Assembly (NCBI GenBank): GCA_043511425.1
Contig: CP121331.1
Span: 806,470 to 870,469, forward strand
DNA from: Sphingobacteriales bacterium
GTDB taxonomy: Bacteria; Bacteroidota; Bacteroidia; NS11-12g; UBA9320
Reading direction: 5' to 3'
Length of the DNA stretch: 64,000 nt
In this document: piece after piece, positions 40,992 through 51,832 of the stretch
Layout of the letters: each line of letters begins with the position of its first letter
How positions within the stretch are numbered: the first letter of the stretch is position 1
The notes under the pieces: generated by a model
What the model was told of the DNA's origin: nothing
The model's input: the letters and a program-made list of their open reading frames with translations, nothing else
The model's database searches: none
Program-made: the position numbers and the translations under genes

Positions 40992-41581
40992 GATAATACT
41001 GCTAAGGTAGGAATATTTTTCAATTCACTCTGTAACTCAGCGGTCACACTTGTTGAACATACTATTTTAAATTGACCAATGGCATTCCTAGAGTAGGTTA
41101 CTTCTTTTTGTCGCGCTAAAAAATTATACAAGTGATACTCCATGTCAGAACGAACCGTGCATAGGATGCTATCCTTGAGTACCAACTCTTGAATGACTGC
41201 ATCGGTAATACATAGCTGAGCAGCTCCTCCATACGCTTCTATAAGTCCAGGAATCCCTAACTTTTTACCCCCATAGTACCTGACCACTGCACACCCTACA
41301 TAGCTAATCTCCGCTGATAATAGGGAATTAAGAATAGGTCTACCGCTACTATTACTAGGTTCACCATCATCGCTGCATCGCTGATACTCTCTGTCTACAC
41401 CAATTACGCAACCTGAACACACATGGGTCGCATCTGCAAACTCACTCTTGTATTCCTTTATCTTTATATCAAAATCTTCAGCAGATTCGACAGGGAATAG
41501 GTATCCGTAAAACTTACTTCCACTTGCCTTAGACTCACTGGTATAGAGCTTTGTTATTCCCTGATAGGTATCAGATTGCAT
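40988..41581 (-). CDS. yigZ: IMPACT/YigZ family protein
   Basis: SKFYG, ATHVC, SDDGEPSNSSGRPIL, VVRYYGGKKLG..GLIEAY. Confidence 0.92.
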   Translation of the reverse strand: MQSDTYQGITKLYTSESKASGSKFYGYLFPVESAEDFDIKIKEYKSEFADATHVCSGCVIGVDREYQRCSDDGEPSNSSGRPILNSLLSAEISYVGCAVVRYYGGKKLGIPGLIEAYGGAAQLCITDAVIQELVLKDSILCTVRSDMEYHLYNFLARQKEVTYSRNAIGQFKIVCSTSVTAELQSELKNIPTLAVLS

Positions 41582-42437
41582 AGGCTATAATGGCAATAGA
41601 TATAACGGCTAATAGGAGACCAAATTTATTCTTAAGCTCTAATTTTTCCTTGAAGATTAGCACAGAAAGTAAGGTGCTTACTAAGACTACTCCTACATTA
41701 TTTACCCCAAATACAAAAGCACTTTTAACACTAAACCCTTCAATGGCACTCAACAGAAAGAATATGGAAAAATAATTAGGCACGCCGAGGGCAATACCAG
41801 CTTTTACATTTTTCCATTTCCAAGCATTAAAATTGGCCTTATCCTTAATGAGTAGTACCAAAGAACCTGTAATAAATGCTCCTAGAAAGATGGAGTAGGA
41901 GAGTGTGCTTATAGGTATGTCGCTACTGTAAGCATGTTGCAGCACTTTAAGACTCGTATCTATGATTCCACCACCTAGGAATACTATAATAGGTAGTATG
42001 AGGAAACGTTTATCTATATGTAATTCCTTCTTAACTGTAATAAAATATATACTGAGTATAGAGAGTATTAACCCTATCACAAATAGAAACGTAATATCCT
42101 CATTCGCAAAGAAGTAGGCAAATAGGACAGGAACCACAACACTCATTTTACCACTTACTGCAGTTACGCTTATGCCTAGCTTATCGGTGGTGAGAGCCAT
42201 AGAAAAGAAAATAGCTATAAATAGTACGCCCAAAAGGATACAATACAGAAACCAAGGCTCATCCAAATAACTCAACAGATTTTGATGGGTAGAAAGACTA
42301 AACCCCAGTATAAAGCAAACTACATAATTTATGATAATGGCTTGAAACTTATCAATCTGAAAAACTTTGAACCACCTAAAAATAAGATTGATACAGGTGC
42401 TGAAAGCAATACTTGCCAATAAGAAGATTGTTGCCAT
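41571..42437 (-). CDS. EamA/DMT-family transporter
   Basis: About ten TM helices; AIIINY, KMSVVVP, GIALGVPNYFS, FKEKL. Start ATG 42437 overlaps the ribD stop (TAATG). Confidence 0.87.
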   Translation of the reverse strand: MATIFLLASIAFSTCINLIFRWFKVFQIDKFQAIIINYVVCFILGFSLSTHQNLLSYLDEPWFLYCILLGVLFIAIFFSMALTTDKLGISVTAVSGKMSVVVPVLFAYFFANEDITFLFVIGLILSILSIYFITVKKELHIDKRFLILPIIVFLGGGIIDTSLKVLQHAYSSDIPISTLSYSIFLGAFITGSLVLLIKDKANFNAWKWKNVKAGIALGVPNYFSIFFLLSAIEGFSVKSAFVFGVNNVGVVLVSTLLSVLIFKEKLELKNKFGLLLAVISIAIIAYAI

Positions 42438-43456
42438 TATTTTCGAGGTATAAAATACTTTATAAGGTCCTGATGCTGTTTTATTTCCCGTAAAGATGGA
42501 ATGCCTATCCACGGAGCTTTAATTCCTGCATTCCAATTTGTATTGGACTTGAGCACTATAGCTTCGTCCCATAAATTTTCAGTCAAAAACTCTTGCAATA
42601 GGGTAGGACCTCCTTCTACTAAAACGCTATGAATCCCTTTCCTATGCAAATCCGATAACATTGCTTTTATGCCTTCACCTGCGATAGTTATGACTGAATA
42701 GTTTTCGAATTCTTCACCTGGTTCGTTACAATATATCAATGTCTTACCCGTTTTAAACAATTCGGAATCTCGATCTACACTGAGTTTAGGTGAATAGACT
42801 ACTTTCACGGGATTAGTACCTTCTGAATGTCGTACATTTAACATTGGATTATCTGTATTTACCGTGGCTGCTCCTACAAGTATGGCTTGATGAGTAGCTC
42901 GCAGCTGATGCACAAAAACATCATTGTTAGGGTCACTTATTTTCACTTGACCAGTGGTACTCGCCATATATCCATCTTGGGTTTCTGCCCACTTTAAGGT
43001 AACATACGGCAACTGTCGAGTATGTGCTTTAATAAATCGCTTGTTTAGGGTTTTACATTCCTCTTCAAGCACACCCACGTGAATATTAATTCCGGCTTCT
43101 AACAATTTTTTTATTCCCTTTCCTGCTACTTTTTCGTGCGGATCAAGCATTCCTATCACCACTCGCTTTGGTTTCTTCGCTACAATCAAATCTGCACAGG
43201 GCGGAGTTTTTCCGAAATGGGAGCAGGGCTCTAAACTTACATAGACAGTACATTTATTCACGTCAATAGACTCATCCAAAGACGCGAACGCTTGAACCTC
43301 AGCATGAGCACCTCCATATTTTTCATGATAGCCTTCAGCTACTATTGTATCCTCATAGACTATGACACAGCCTACCATTGGGTTTGGAGCCGTATAGAGT
43401 TCACCCAGAGCAGCTAACTCAAGGCAGCGATTCATGTATGTTTCGTCGGGTAGCAA
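42437..43456 (-). CDS. ribD: Riboflavin biosynthesis deaminase/reductase RibD
   Basis: PNPMVGCVIV, HAEV, LEPCSHFGKTPPC, LKWA, DNPML, VLVEGG. Confidence 0.97.
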   Translation of the reverse strand: MLPDETYMNRCLELAALGELYTAPNPMVGCVIVYEDTIVAEGYHEKYGGAHAEVQAFASLDESIDVNKCTVYVSLEPCSHFGKTPPCADLIVAKKPKRVVIGMLDPHEKVAGKGIKKLLEAGINIHVGVLEEECKTLNKRFIKAHTRQLPYVTLKWAETQDGYMASTTGQVKISDPNNDVFVHQLRATHQAILVGAATVNTDNPMLNVRHSEGTNPVKVVYSPKLSVDRDSELFKTGKTLIYCNEPGEEFENYSVITIAGEGIKAMLSDLHRKGIHSVLVEGGPTLLQEFLTENLWDEAIVLKSNTNWNAGIKAPWIGIPSLREIKQHQDLIKYFIPRK

Positions 43457-43525
43457 GCTGCGAAACTAACGGCAATTATTGAAATAAGGGAATCCTGAAT
43501 TGTAGAATATATAAATCCCTGCAAT

Positions 43526-43533
43526 TACCTTTG
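43526..43533 (+). promoter_or_regulatory. -7 promoter element TACCTTTG, 6 nt before the prmC ATG
   Basis: TACCTTTG-TGTTAT-ATG. Confidence 0.62.
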
Positions 43534-43539
43534 TGTTAT

Positions 43540-44355
43540 ATGCAATTGGGAGTACTTAAAGCACTGTTTACGGATAAACTAACAAAGCTCTATCGCCTTA
43601 GCGAAGCTGAAAACATATTCTATGTGGTACTCTACTACCTTGAAAAAAAGTCTAAGACTGCTGTTTTATTAGGTCAAGAAACTATGCTGGGGGACACTTA
43701 TGTAACTTTACTCCACTCTCTTATGGATGGTAAGCCCGTGCAGTATGTGTTAAATGAGGCACCCTTCTATGGCTTGGACCTCTTTGTAGATGAAACTGTA
43801 CTCATCCCTCGCCCAGAGACAGAGCAGCTGGTCCACTGGATACTTGAAGATCATCCAAACTTTCAGGGATCTGTAGTGGACATAGGCACAGGCAGTGGCT
43901 GCATCCCGCTAGTTTTAAAGAAACATTGGCCAAACGCTCAGGTAAGTGGTTGTGATATAAGTACGGAAGCATTGAAAGTAGCTCAGCGTAATAGTAAAGA
44001 ACAAAACCTCGACGTGACCTTTTTTCAAAAAAACATACTCAAAGAAGAGTTAGAACCGTACGACATTATAGTGAGTAATCCACCGTATATAGCGCATTCA
44101 GAGAAGGATGAGATGCATGAAAACGTACTTGAATATGAACCACATATAGCATTATTCGTTGATGACACAGACCCATTACTATTTTACAAGACTATCATAC
44201 TACTTGCTCATCAGCAGAAATCTACGTGCTATTTTGAGACGAGTGAATACTATAGGCCTGAACTGGACAACTGGCTTAAGGAGCATAATTTTAGTTTTGT
44301 ATGGCAACCTGATTTTCAAGATAAAGATAGACTATTAAAAGTGACGTTTGACTAG
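43540..44355 (+). CDS. prmC: Release factor glutamine methyltransferase PrmC/HemK
   Basis: PVQYV, VLIPRPETE, DIGTGSGCI, VSNPPYI, EPHIALF. Confidence 0.95.
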   Translation: MQLGVLKALFTDKLTKLYRLSEAENIFYVVLYYLEKKSKTAVLLGQETMLGDTYVTLLHSLMDGKPVQYVLNEAPFYGLDLFVDETVLIPRPETEQLVHWILEDHPNFQGSVVDIGTGSGCIPLVLKKHWPNAQVSGCDISTEALKVAQRNSKEQNLDVTFFQKNILKEELEPYDIIVSNPPYIAHSEKDEMHENVLEYEPHIALFVDDTDPLLFYKTIILLAHQQKSTCYFETSEYYRPELDNWLKEHNFSFVWQPDFQDKDRLLKVTFD

Positions 44356-44636
44356 ATGGGCACCTAGTCTAATTCCAGGTTAGGCTTACGGTTATCCGCT
44401 TTAAAAATGACCATTTTTAATCAGTCTCTGTTTCCATTAACGTGGAGATATATACCTCTTTATAGGCCAGATTAAGCGAAGATAAAATCAAAAAAAAGGG
44501 ACTCTGATAAATTTATTACAGTCACTGCTCAATTTATCCCCATTTTGAAGATTATTTGTGGGTATTTTAGCGTTACAATAGCGCTATGATTGGCTATTTG
44601 CTTATAGATTGCACACTTTAAACTAATTTGAAATAG

Positions 44637-47207
44637 ATGAATTCGGAAAACGAGAAAATTATTCCAATCAATATTGAAGAGGAGATGAAAACCGCTTACA
44701 TCGATTACTCGATGTCGGTTATTGTTTCACGTGCTCTACCTGATGTAAGAGATGGTCTTAAACCTGTACACAGAAGGGTTCTGTACGGCATGTCTGATTT
44801 GGGATTAGCCAGTAATAGACCTTATAAAAAATCAGCTAGAATAGTAGGAGAGGTGTTGGGTAAGTATCATCCGCATGGAGATACTTCTGTTTACGATGCG
44901 ATGGTTCGAATGGCTCAAAGCTGGAGTTTACGCTACCCTATGGTAGACGGACAAGGTAACTTTGGTAGTATAGACGGTGACCCACCGGCAGCAATGCGAT
45001 ATACCGAGGCAAGAATGAGAAAACTTGCTGAAGAGATGCTCGCTGATATAGATAAAGACACTGTAGATTATCGCGCTAATTTTGATGACAGTTTAAGTGA
45101 ACCGACGGTATTACCCGCACGTATACCAAATCTATTGGTGAACGGTGCCTCAGGAATAGCCGTAGGTATGGCTACGAATATGGCTCCGCACAATTTGAGT
45201 GAGTGTATAGACGGTACCATAGCCTACATAGAAAATAAAGATATTGATGTAGCAGGACTAATGGAGTATGTGAAAGCTCCTGATTTTCCTACAGGTGGTA
45301 TCATCTATGGTACTGAAGGGGTAAAATCTGCTTTTGAAACAGGCAGAGGGCGTATAGTAATGCGTGGTAAAGCCGAATTTGATGTTACTAAGACAGGCAG
45401 AGAGCAAATTGTTATTACCGAAGTACCTTTCCAAGTAAGCCCTTCTCAAATTATTGTAAAGGCCGTAGATTTAGTCAATGATAAGGTAATAGAAGGAATT
45501 AGTGAAGTAAGGGATGAAAGTGGTAGACAGGGTCTCCGAATTGTTTTTGACCTGAAAAGAGATGCAGTACCCAATATTGTACTGAACAAGTTATATAAAT
45601 ACACGCCGCTGCAAACTAGCTTCAGCGTTAATAATATAGCACTTGTAAACGGTAGACCAGAGATGCTTAGTCTCCGTGATATGATTCATCACTATGTGAA
45701 TCACCGCCATGAAGTCGTTATTCGTAGAACAGAATACCTACTCAAAGAGGCACAGAAACGTGCTCACATATTAGAAGGACTCATAATAGCACTAGATAAT
45801 TTAGATGCTGTTATAAAGTTAATTAGAGCTTCTAAAAATGGTGAAGAGGCCCGAAATGGTTTGATGGCAGAGTTCAAACTCTCGGAGATACAAGCCAAGG
45901 CTATTCTAGATATGCGTCTACAGAAACTTACTGGTCTGGAAATAGACAAAGTAAGAGCTGAATTTGCTGAGTTAATGGCTACGATAGCAGACTTGAAAGA
46001 AATTCTAGCTGACGAAGGCAGAAGAATGCAAATCATCAAAGACGAGCTTTTAGAAATGAAAGAGAAATATGGCGACGAGCGAAGAACTGCCATAGAACTA
46101 GATGCTGGTGAAATTAATATAGAAGATCTTATAGCAAATGAAGAGATGGTAGTGACGATCTCTAATATGGGCTATATCAAGCGTACTCCACTTTCAGAAT
46201 ACAAGTCGCAAACTAGGGGAGGAATCGGTAATAAAGGTGTAAAACACAGAGATAAAGATTTCGTAGAAAATCTGTTTGTTACTATGACGCATAACTACAT
46301 TCTGCTCTTTACCGATTCCGGTAAATGTTTCTGGATGAAAGTATACGAAATTCCTGTGGGAAGTAAAGTATCTCAAGGTAGAGCGATTCAAAACTTGATT
46401 AATATTCCAACTGACGATACCGTGAGAGCATTCGTAGCTACAGGTAATCTGAAAGATGAAGAGTACGTGAATAATAATTTCATCGTAATGTGTACTAAAA
46501 ATGGTACAATAAAGAAAACTTCACTGGAACAATACTCTAGACCTAGAACGAATGGAATAAACGCAATCACTGTAAAGGATGGCGATCAATTACTTGAAGC
46601 TAAACTAACCGATGGAACCGCAGAGATACTCTTAGCGAAGAAAAGTGGTAAGGCTATACGCTTCAATGAAGAGAATGTGAGACCTATGGGTAGAACAGCC
46701 TCCGGAGTAAGAGGAGTAAGGCTAGAAAGTGCTAGCGATGAAGTGATTGGTATGGTTTGTGTAAACTCTAATATGGAGGATACTACCATTATGGTGGTAT
46801 CTGAAAAAGGATACGGAAAACGTACTGATATAGATGATTATAGAATTACCGGTAGGGGAGGAAAGGGTGTAAAAACCTTGAGCATCACTGAAAAAACAGG
46901 TGCTCTTATCTCTATGAAGGACGTGACCGATGAGAATGATTTAATGATTATCACAAAACTGGGAATCACCATTAGAATGAAGATGGAAGATGTCAGAGTA
47001 ATGGGAAGAGCCACCCAAGGAGTTAGGCTCATTAAAGTAAGAGACAAGGACGATATCGCTTCTGTGGCCAAAGTTCCAAAGGCAGAAGAAGAGGAGGAAA
47101 ACCTTGAAGAAACAGAATCTGATGGTATAGAAAATACAGATGAAGATTCTACTATAAACAATGAACAGAATGACACAAACACAGAAGAGGAAAAGAATGA
47201 AGATTAA
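44637..47207 (+). CDS. gyrA: DNA gyrase subunit A
   Basis: [30 protein letters not shown] (catalytic Tyr), GyrA-box QTRGGIG, pinwheel repeats, acidic tail. Confidence 0.98.
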   Translation: MNSENEKIIPINIEEEMKTAYIDYSMSVIVSRALPDVRDGLKPVHRRVLYGMSDLGLASNRPYKKSARIVGEVLGKYHPHGDTSVYDAMVRMAQSWSLRYPMVDGQGNFGSIDGDPPAAMRYTEARMRKLAEEMLADIDKDTVDYRANFDDSLSEPTVLPARIPNLLVNGASGIAVGMATNMAPHNLSECIDGTIAYIENKDIDVAGLMEYVKAPDFPTGGIIYGTEGVKSAFETGRGRIVMRGKAEFDVTKTGREQIVITEVPFQVSPSQIIVKAVDLVNDKVIEGISEVRDESGRQGLRIVFDLKRDAVPNIVLNKLYKYTPLQTSFSVNNIALVNGRPEMLSLRDMIHHYVNHRHEVVIRRTEYLLKEAQKRAHILEGLIIALDNLDAVIKLIRASKNGEEARNGLMAEFKLSEIQAKAILDMRLQKLTGLEIDKVRAEFAELMATIADLKEILADEGRRMQIIKDELLEMKEKYGDERRTAIELDAGEINIEDLIANEEMVVTISNMGYIKRTPLSEYKSQTRGGIGNKGVKHRDKDFVENLFVTMTHNYILLFTDSGKCFWMKVYEIPVGSKVSQGRAIQNLINIPTDDTVRAFVATGNLKDEEYVNNNFIVMCTKNGTIKKTSLEQYSRPRTNGINAITVKDGDQLLEAKLTDGTAEILLAKKSGKAIRFNEENVRPMGRTASGVRGVRLESASDEVIGMVCVNSNMEDTTIMVVSEKGYGKRTDIDDYRITGRGGKGVKTLSITEKTGALISMKDVTDENDLMIITKLGITIRMKMEDVRVMGRATQGVRLIKVRDKDDIASVAKVPKAEEEEENLEETESDGIENTDEDSTINNEQNDTNTEEEKNED

Positions 47208-48399
47208 ATTCAATTATGTAATCGCACTACTAGCCTTATTTATAGGAATCAATGTAAGTGCACAGAGATTTACCGTAGAGTCCATGAAAATGGAACTCGA
47301 CGATCGGACTAAGCCCGATAGTGATAAAGATTTCGAAAGTTTATTAAAGTGGGCTGAGGAGACCAAAGCAAACTCCAAAACATCCAATGATCCTAAAATG
47401 TGGTATTATAGGGGACTCACTTATCTAAAACTAAGTACATTAAACAATGACCTATCTAAGGCTCATCCAGATGCTATTTACATTGCGCATGAAGCGTTTC
47501 AAAACGCCATTAAAACAGATGCAAAGAACAAGGTAACTAAAGATGCTGAGGCTAACCTACTAAATGTAGCGATAGGTTTATATAACAAGGGGTATTCAGC
47601 ATATCAAGCAGAAGAGTATGATGAGTCTTACAAGAATTTTAAGATGGCAGTGCCACTAATGAAGTATGACACTGAAGGCCAGCTTAAACGTAATAATCTT
47701 ACTGCTGAGGTTCTCGAGCAGATGATGGCCTTCTCTGCTATGAACGGTGGAGAGGACGAAAAAGCGAAAAAAGCACTACAAGCACTTGTAGATAAAGGCA
47801 CTATAGAAGGAAGTATCTATGCTAACTTAGCAAAACTACACCTTAAAGGAGGGGATACGACTGCTGCATTAGAGACTATAGCATCTGGAAAAGAGGTAAA
47901 TGAAGCAGATAAGACACTGATCAATATGGAGCTTGATATCTACCTAAAACAAGGTAGAAGCAAAGAACTTATAGATAAACTTAATGTAGCGATAGAAGAA
48001 GATCCAGGAAATACCATTTACTACTTTGCTAGAGCGATAAGCTACGAAGGACTAAATGAAAATGAGAAAGCTGCAGCGGACTACGATAAAATCTTAGAGA
48101 TAGACCCAGAATACTATGACGCATCGTATAACAAAGGAGTAATGTACCTGAATAGAGTAGCAAAAATAGTAGAGGAATTAGACGGAGAGTACAAGCCGAG
48201 TATCATTGAGAAAAAAGAAGCAGAAATCAATATTGAATATAAAAAAGCTATAGTAGAGTTTGAGCATGTATTCAATAACAATGATGATATGCCTATTGCT
48301 GAGAAGGTAGTATTGGCAGGGACAATGAAAAAGATTTATGCGAGACTGGAGCAGATGGAGAAGTACAATGAGATGAAATCGTTCATAGAATCCAACTAA
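47197..48399 (+). CDS. Secreted TPR protein
   Basis: Signal peptide from ATG 47197; several TPR helical pairs; overlaps the gyrA stop. Confidence 0.85.
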   Translation: MKIKFNYVIALLALFIGINVSAQRFTVESMKMELDDRTKPDSDKDFESLLKWAEETKANSKTSNDPKMWYYRGLTYLKLSTLNNDLSKAHPDAIYIAHEAFQNAIKTDAKNKVTKDAEANLLNVAIGLYNKGYSAYQAEEYDESYKNFKMAVPLMKYDTEGQLKRNNLTAEVLEQMMAFSAMNGGEDEKAKKALQALVDKGTIEGSIYANLAKLHLKGGDTTAALETIASGKEVNEADKTLINMELDIYLKQGRSKELIDKLNVAIEEDPGNTIYYFARAISYEGLNENEKAAADYDKILEIDPEYYDASYNKGVMYLNRVAKIVEELDGEYKPSIIEKKEAEINIEYKKAIVEFEHVFNNNDDMPIAEKVVLAGTMKKIYARLEQMEKYNEMKSFIESN

Positions 48400-48458
48400 T
48401 TGTATTAGTTTCGTACGGAAAGACATTTAAGACTGTTATTAACCATAACAATGGAATC

Positions 48459-48486
48459 GGGGTCCTCAAAGAACCCCCTTTTCTTT
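48459..48486 (+). terminator. Possible intrinsic terminator for gyrA-TPR
   Basis: GGGGTCCT-CAA-AGAACCCC followed by CTTTTCTTT; one mismatch in the stem on this strand. Confidence 0.45.
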
Positions 48487-48591
48487 GACATCGATTACTT
48501 AACATAATATAAATTATAGGCGAAATGGTTGTACAAAATATATGAACCAATTTATACCGCTGCAATTTCAATAATACTATAAATTCGCAGT

Positions 48592-48861
48592 ATGATATTA
48601 GCGTTTAAAATCGTCAGTTATTTAGAAGGTATTTCGTATTTACTTCTTTTAGGTGTTGGTGTGCCACTTAAATACTTAGCCGGCAATGACAGCTGGGTGA
48701 AATCTCTAGGAATGCCTCACGGACTCTTATTCGTAGCTTATATCTTCTTATCCATCGTTGTTAGACAGTTAAAAAACTGGGACACGAAAACTACCGTTGT
48801 AGTTCTTATAGCTTCCATTATACCCTTTGGTACGTTTTACGTGGATAAGAAGTATTTGTAA
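48592..48861 (+). CDS. DUF3817 small membrane protein
   Basis: LEGISYLLL..PLKY..GMPHGLLFVAY..ASIIPFGTF. Confidence 0.9.
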   Translation: MILAFKIVSYLEGISYLLLLGVGVPLKYLAGNDSWVKSLGMPHGLLFVAYIFLSIVVRQLKNWDTKTTVVVLIASIIPFGTFYVDKKYL

Positions 48862-48943
48862 AAAAATCGTGAGTATCACACTATTTCCACAGTAAATCAG
48901 ATTTAGATTAGACGCTAACAACCTAATTATAAGCTTTTTGCTT

Positions 48944-48951
48944 TACTTTTG
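48944..48951 (+). promoter_or_regulatory. -7 promoter element TACTTTTG, 5 nt before the LysE ATG
   Basis: TACTTTTG-ACCCC-ATG. Confidence 0.62.
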
Positions 48952-48956
48952 ACCCC

Positions 48957-49574
48957 ATGGCAATTTTTAAGGGTATTCTTACAGGGATGGGAACTATCGT
49001 ATTCTTGGGGCCAGTATTTTTTACTTTGTTAAAAAATGCCATGCAAAAAGGTGTTTCAGCTGGCTTGCTAACTGCATTCGGTATATTGGTTAGTGATATA
49101 GTTATCGCCGCTATCTGTTACTACGTAGCTGCTGATTTCATTAATGAATACGTGCATTTACCCATTGTAAAGTTTGTAGCAGCCTCTATCCTATTAACCT
49201 TAGGATTTGTATTTTATACCAAGCCTATTTCGGAACTAAAAGAATCAGCTCCACTTCCACAAAAGGGATATTTTAAATCTTTCGGACAAGGGTTTATTGT
49301 AAATTTTGCCAATCCAACAGTATTTGTAATCTGGATGGGATTTGTGACCCTGGGACAAACCATGTACAGCACAGATTCTGATGTTTATCTCTACATGGTA
49401 GGCATACTGATAGGTATTTTTGCTACGGATGCGGCAAAGGCATTTGGAGCAGCATATTTAAGCCCCTACCTTAAATCACATTCATTAACTTATTTATTCA
49501 GAGTTATAGCGATTATAGTAGCCGGGTTTGGTATATACCTTATCTATCTTGGGTTGGCGCAATCCTTTAGCTAA
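48957..49574 (+). CDS. LysE-family translocator
   Basis: LGPVFF, GILVSD, FGQGFIVNFANP, six TM segments. Confidence 0.87.
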   Translation: MAIFKGILTGMGTIVFLGPVFFTLLKNAMQKGVSAGLLTAFGILVSDIVIAAICYYVAADFINEYVHLPIVKFVAASILLTLGFVFYTKPISELKESAPLPQKGYFKSFGQGFIVNFANPTVFVIWMGFVTLGQTMYSTDSDVYLYMVGILIGIFATDAAKAFGAAYLSPYLKSHSLTYLFRVIAIIVAGFGIYLIYLGLAQSFS

Positions 49575-49625
49575 AAGTCTTATTTACAACTGTTTGAATG
49601 ACGCCCACTCAGGGTATTTTTATTG

Positions 49626-51233
49626 CTATTCACCCCATATTCTGTTCCACAAGCTTCCCAATAACCGATTAATCATTTCTCCCTTAGGTTTTGGGCGCTG
49701 AGCTTCTGCTTGGAGTGCTCCGTGATCATCCGTAAGCTGATAACCAAAGCCATACTGTGGTGTGTTTCCTAAGTACATGGGACCGAATCTAGCATCATTA
49801 TATACCAATGTATCTGGATTATCTGTATTGATGACATACCATCCTTTCGATAAAAACTTCAAGCGCTTCAACACGTTATCCTCAGAATAGTTACTTACGA
49901 AACCGTGATTTGTCTGAATCGCATGAAATTTAACATCCTGATCTTTATCAAAGATAGAATACAGCCCAGAGTACAAGACTGTGTCTCCATCCGCTGTGGC
50001 ACTCCACAGAAATGTATTCATAGGAGTAGGCACTGTCGTTAACCTACTGTAAACTATCCCTTTAGACTCTAAATTATCTTCGAACACCTTATAGGTATAC
50101 CACTTCACCCCGAGTGACCAGATCATATATAAACTACTAACAGCTAATCCTGCCCAATTCAAGTACTTGCGGGTATTCGACTGTCTATGGTAAAACATTG
50201 CAATAATCACAAAGACAAGGAATGGCACTGTGTAGAGTGGATCTATGACGAAAATATTATTCCATGCTAGCTTATAGGGCAATGGCCAAAGTAGCTGGGT
50301 ACCCCAAGTAGTATGACAATCAAGCAGCGGGTGTGTAATAAGACTCCAGAAAAAAAGCTTCGTCCACTCCCACTTAGTAGCTTTCTGTACATATTCATTT
50401 TTTAGTATAAAAAATAGGCAGACTGCAAACGTTGCTGAAAGTATACCTATAATCCACGGATTGCCGGTACTAACTACAATAGCACTGTACAGTTCGTCTA
50501 CCTGATTGACTAATGCTTCCGAAGGGGTCGCATCAAAATCGATTACTGATAAACCCTCTGATTTTTTGAATACGTGTTTCGCTTTCGTCCTAAACTTAGA
50601 ATTCATCGCGTTGAGATAATCTTCGAACGACTGCCACGAAGCATCCAATTGAAGAATCATATTCACATCAATATTTACCTCACAACACCCATTTTCCTTA
50701 AAACAAGCAGCTATATTCAAAGACTCAGGCCAAAACTCTTTGATAAGTGTAATGGCTATCTTATTCCCGGCTTTCTTCTCCCGAAGATGTACTTCATCTA
50801 TTGCCTTGTATAATTCGTTAAAAGCCTGGTCTTCAGAAATATCTTTAGAAAACAGAAAACCATTCTCTCCCGTAGCGAAGGCATTTCCACAGATGAGTAT
50901 CTTTAAATCTATAGAATTAATAATGCTTTTGGGCAGCATCCCTCCCATTCTCTCTGATAGCGCGGTGGTATTGATTTCATTGGGCGTGATAGGAATAATC
51001 TGACAATAGCCCAAACCAATGAATTCATTATTGGAATCAAAAAACTGAATGTATCTAAACGCTGTATGAGTAAGTCCTTCTTCCAGCGCTTTCAGGTAAT
51101 CCCGGGTTAGGTAAACATTATTGGTACCCACAAACTTATCCCACGCAGTACTATCTACGTCATCTATGCTATTGCAAAAGACGGTAAGCGTGGAATCTAT
51201 ATCGGGCTGAGCGATTTCAGTTAGAACAGTCAA
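49626..51233 (-). CDS. Chimeric ORF: truncated GNAT-fold protein (aa ~1-252) fused in frame to an N-terminally truncated YdjM-like membrane metal-dependent hydrolase
   Basis: N half: YLKALE, ICGNAFATGENG, NMIL..WQSFEDYLNAMNSKFRTK. C half: THPLLDCHTTWGTQLLWP, IFVIDPLYT, PTPMNTFLW, DARFG. Confidence 0.7.
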   Translation of the reverse strand: MTVLTEIAQPDIDSTLTVFCNSIDDVDSTAWDKFVGTNNVYLTRDYLKALEEGLTHTAFRYIQFFDSNNEFIGLGYCQIIPITPNEINTTALSERMGGMLPKSIINSIDLKILICGNAFATGENGFLFSKDISEDQAFNELYKAIDEVHLREKKAGNKIAITLIKEFWPESLNIAACFKENGCCEVNIDVNMILQLDASWQSFEDYLNAMNSKFRTKAKHVFKKSEGLSVIDFDATPSEALVNQVDELYSAIVVSTGNPWIIGILSATFAVCLFFILKNEYVQKATKWEWTKLFFWSLITHPLLDCHTTWGTQLLWPLPYKLAWNNIFVIDPLYTVPFLVFVIIAMFYHRQSNTRKYLNWAGLAVSSLYMIWSLGVKWYTYKVFEDNLESKGIVYSRLTTVPTPMNTFLWSATADGDTVLYSGLYSIFDKDQDVKFHAIQTNHGFVSNYSEDNVLKRLKFLSKGWYVINTDNPDTLVYNDARFGPMYLGNTPQYGFGYQLTDDHGALQAEAQRPKPKGEMINRLLGSLWNRIWGE

Positions 51234-51239
51234 ATTGTA

Positions 51240-51725
51240 TTACTTTAATATTTCTTGAATATGTGCATCTAAAACACCGAAGATCTTTTCTTTGTTTTCG
51301 GTAACGTCATAAACCACTTCCAAATCTTTGTTTACGACTAAAACTTGAGGAAAGTGTTTAGTGATTCCTGTTTTTAGCTGATCACTATATTCCTTGGCAT
51401 TAACAATATGCGTAAAATGGAATGGAAAACGTTTAAGAGACTTCTGCACCGTCTCTTCATCTTCATCGCTTAACGCTATGAAATTGACCTTCTTATTTCC
51501 TTTGTACTTTTCGTGTAATTCATTGAGTTCAGGAATTTCACGAATACAGTCTCCACACCAAGTCGCCCAAACGACTAAGACGGTAGCGTCACCTTCTAAG
51601 TCTTTTTGGGTTATGCTCTGTTTAGCTAATGTTTCAAAACTGAAATCAGGGATTTTTTTACCATCATTAGTGGTACTACAGGCAAAGATGGACATCATTA
51701 AAAGTGTTATTATCAGTTTATTCAT
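51240..51725 (-). CDS. TlpA/ResA-family thiol-disulfide oxidoreductase lipoprotein
   Basis: Lipobox IFAC, PDFSF, WATWCGDCIREIPEL. Confidence 0.9.
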   Translation of the reverse strand: MNKLIITLLMMSIFACSTTNDGKKIPDFSFETLAKQSITQKDLEGDATVLVVWATWCGDCIREIPELNELHEKYKGNKKVNFIALSDEDEETVQKSLKRFPFHFTHIVNAKEYSDQLKTGITKHFPQVLVVNKDLEVVYDVTENKEKIFGVLDAHIQEILK

Positions 51726-51832
51726 TCAATTAATACTTCGATTCTATACCTTATTAACGAAAGAAAGCAGAAACTTCGACAAGATTATCAAAGTTTCTGC
51801 TCTCCACTATTTTAGTGTTAATTATTTACTCG

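Noticed and set aside
44860-44900. Thr at the GyrA position equivalent to E. coli Ser83 (HGDTSVYD)
   Set aside because: Thr is a natural wild-type residue in many taxa, so it is not evidence of acquired quinolone resistance.
47080-47207. Acidic low-complexity GyrA tail
   Set aside because: A normal, known feature of GyrA.
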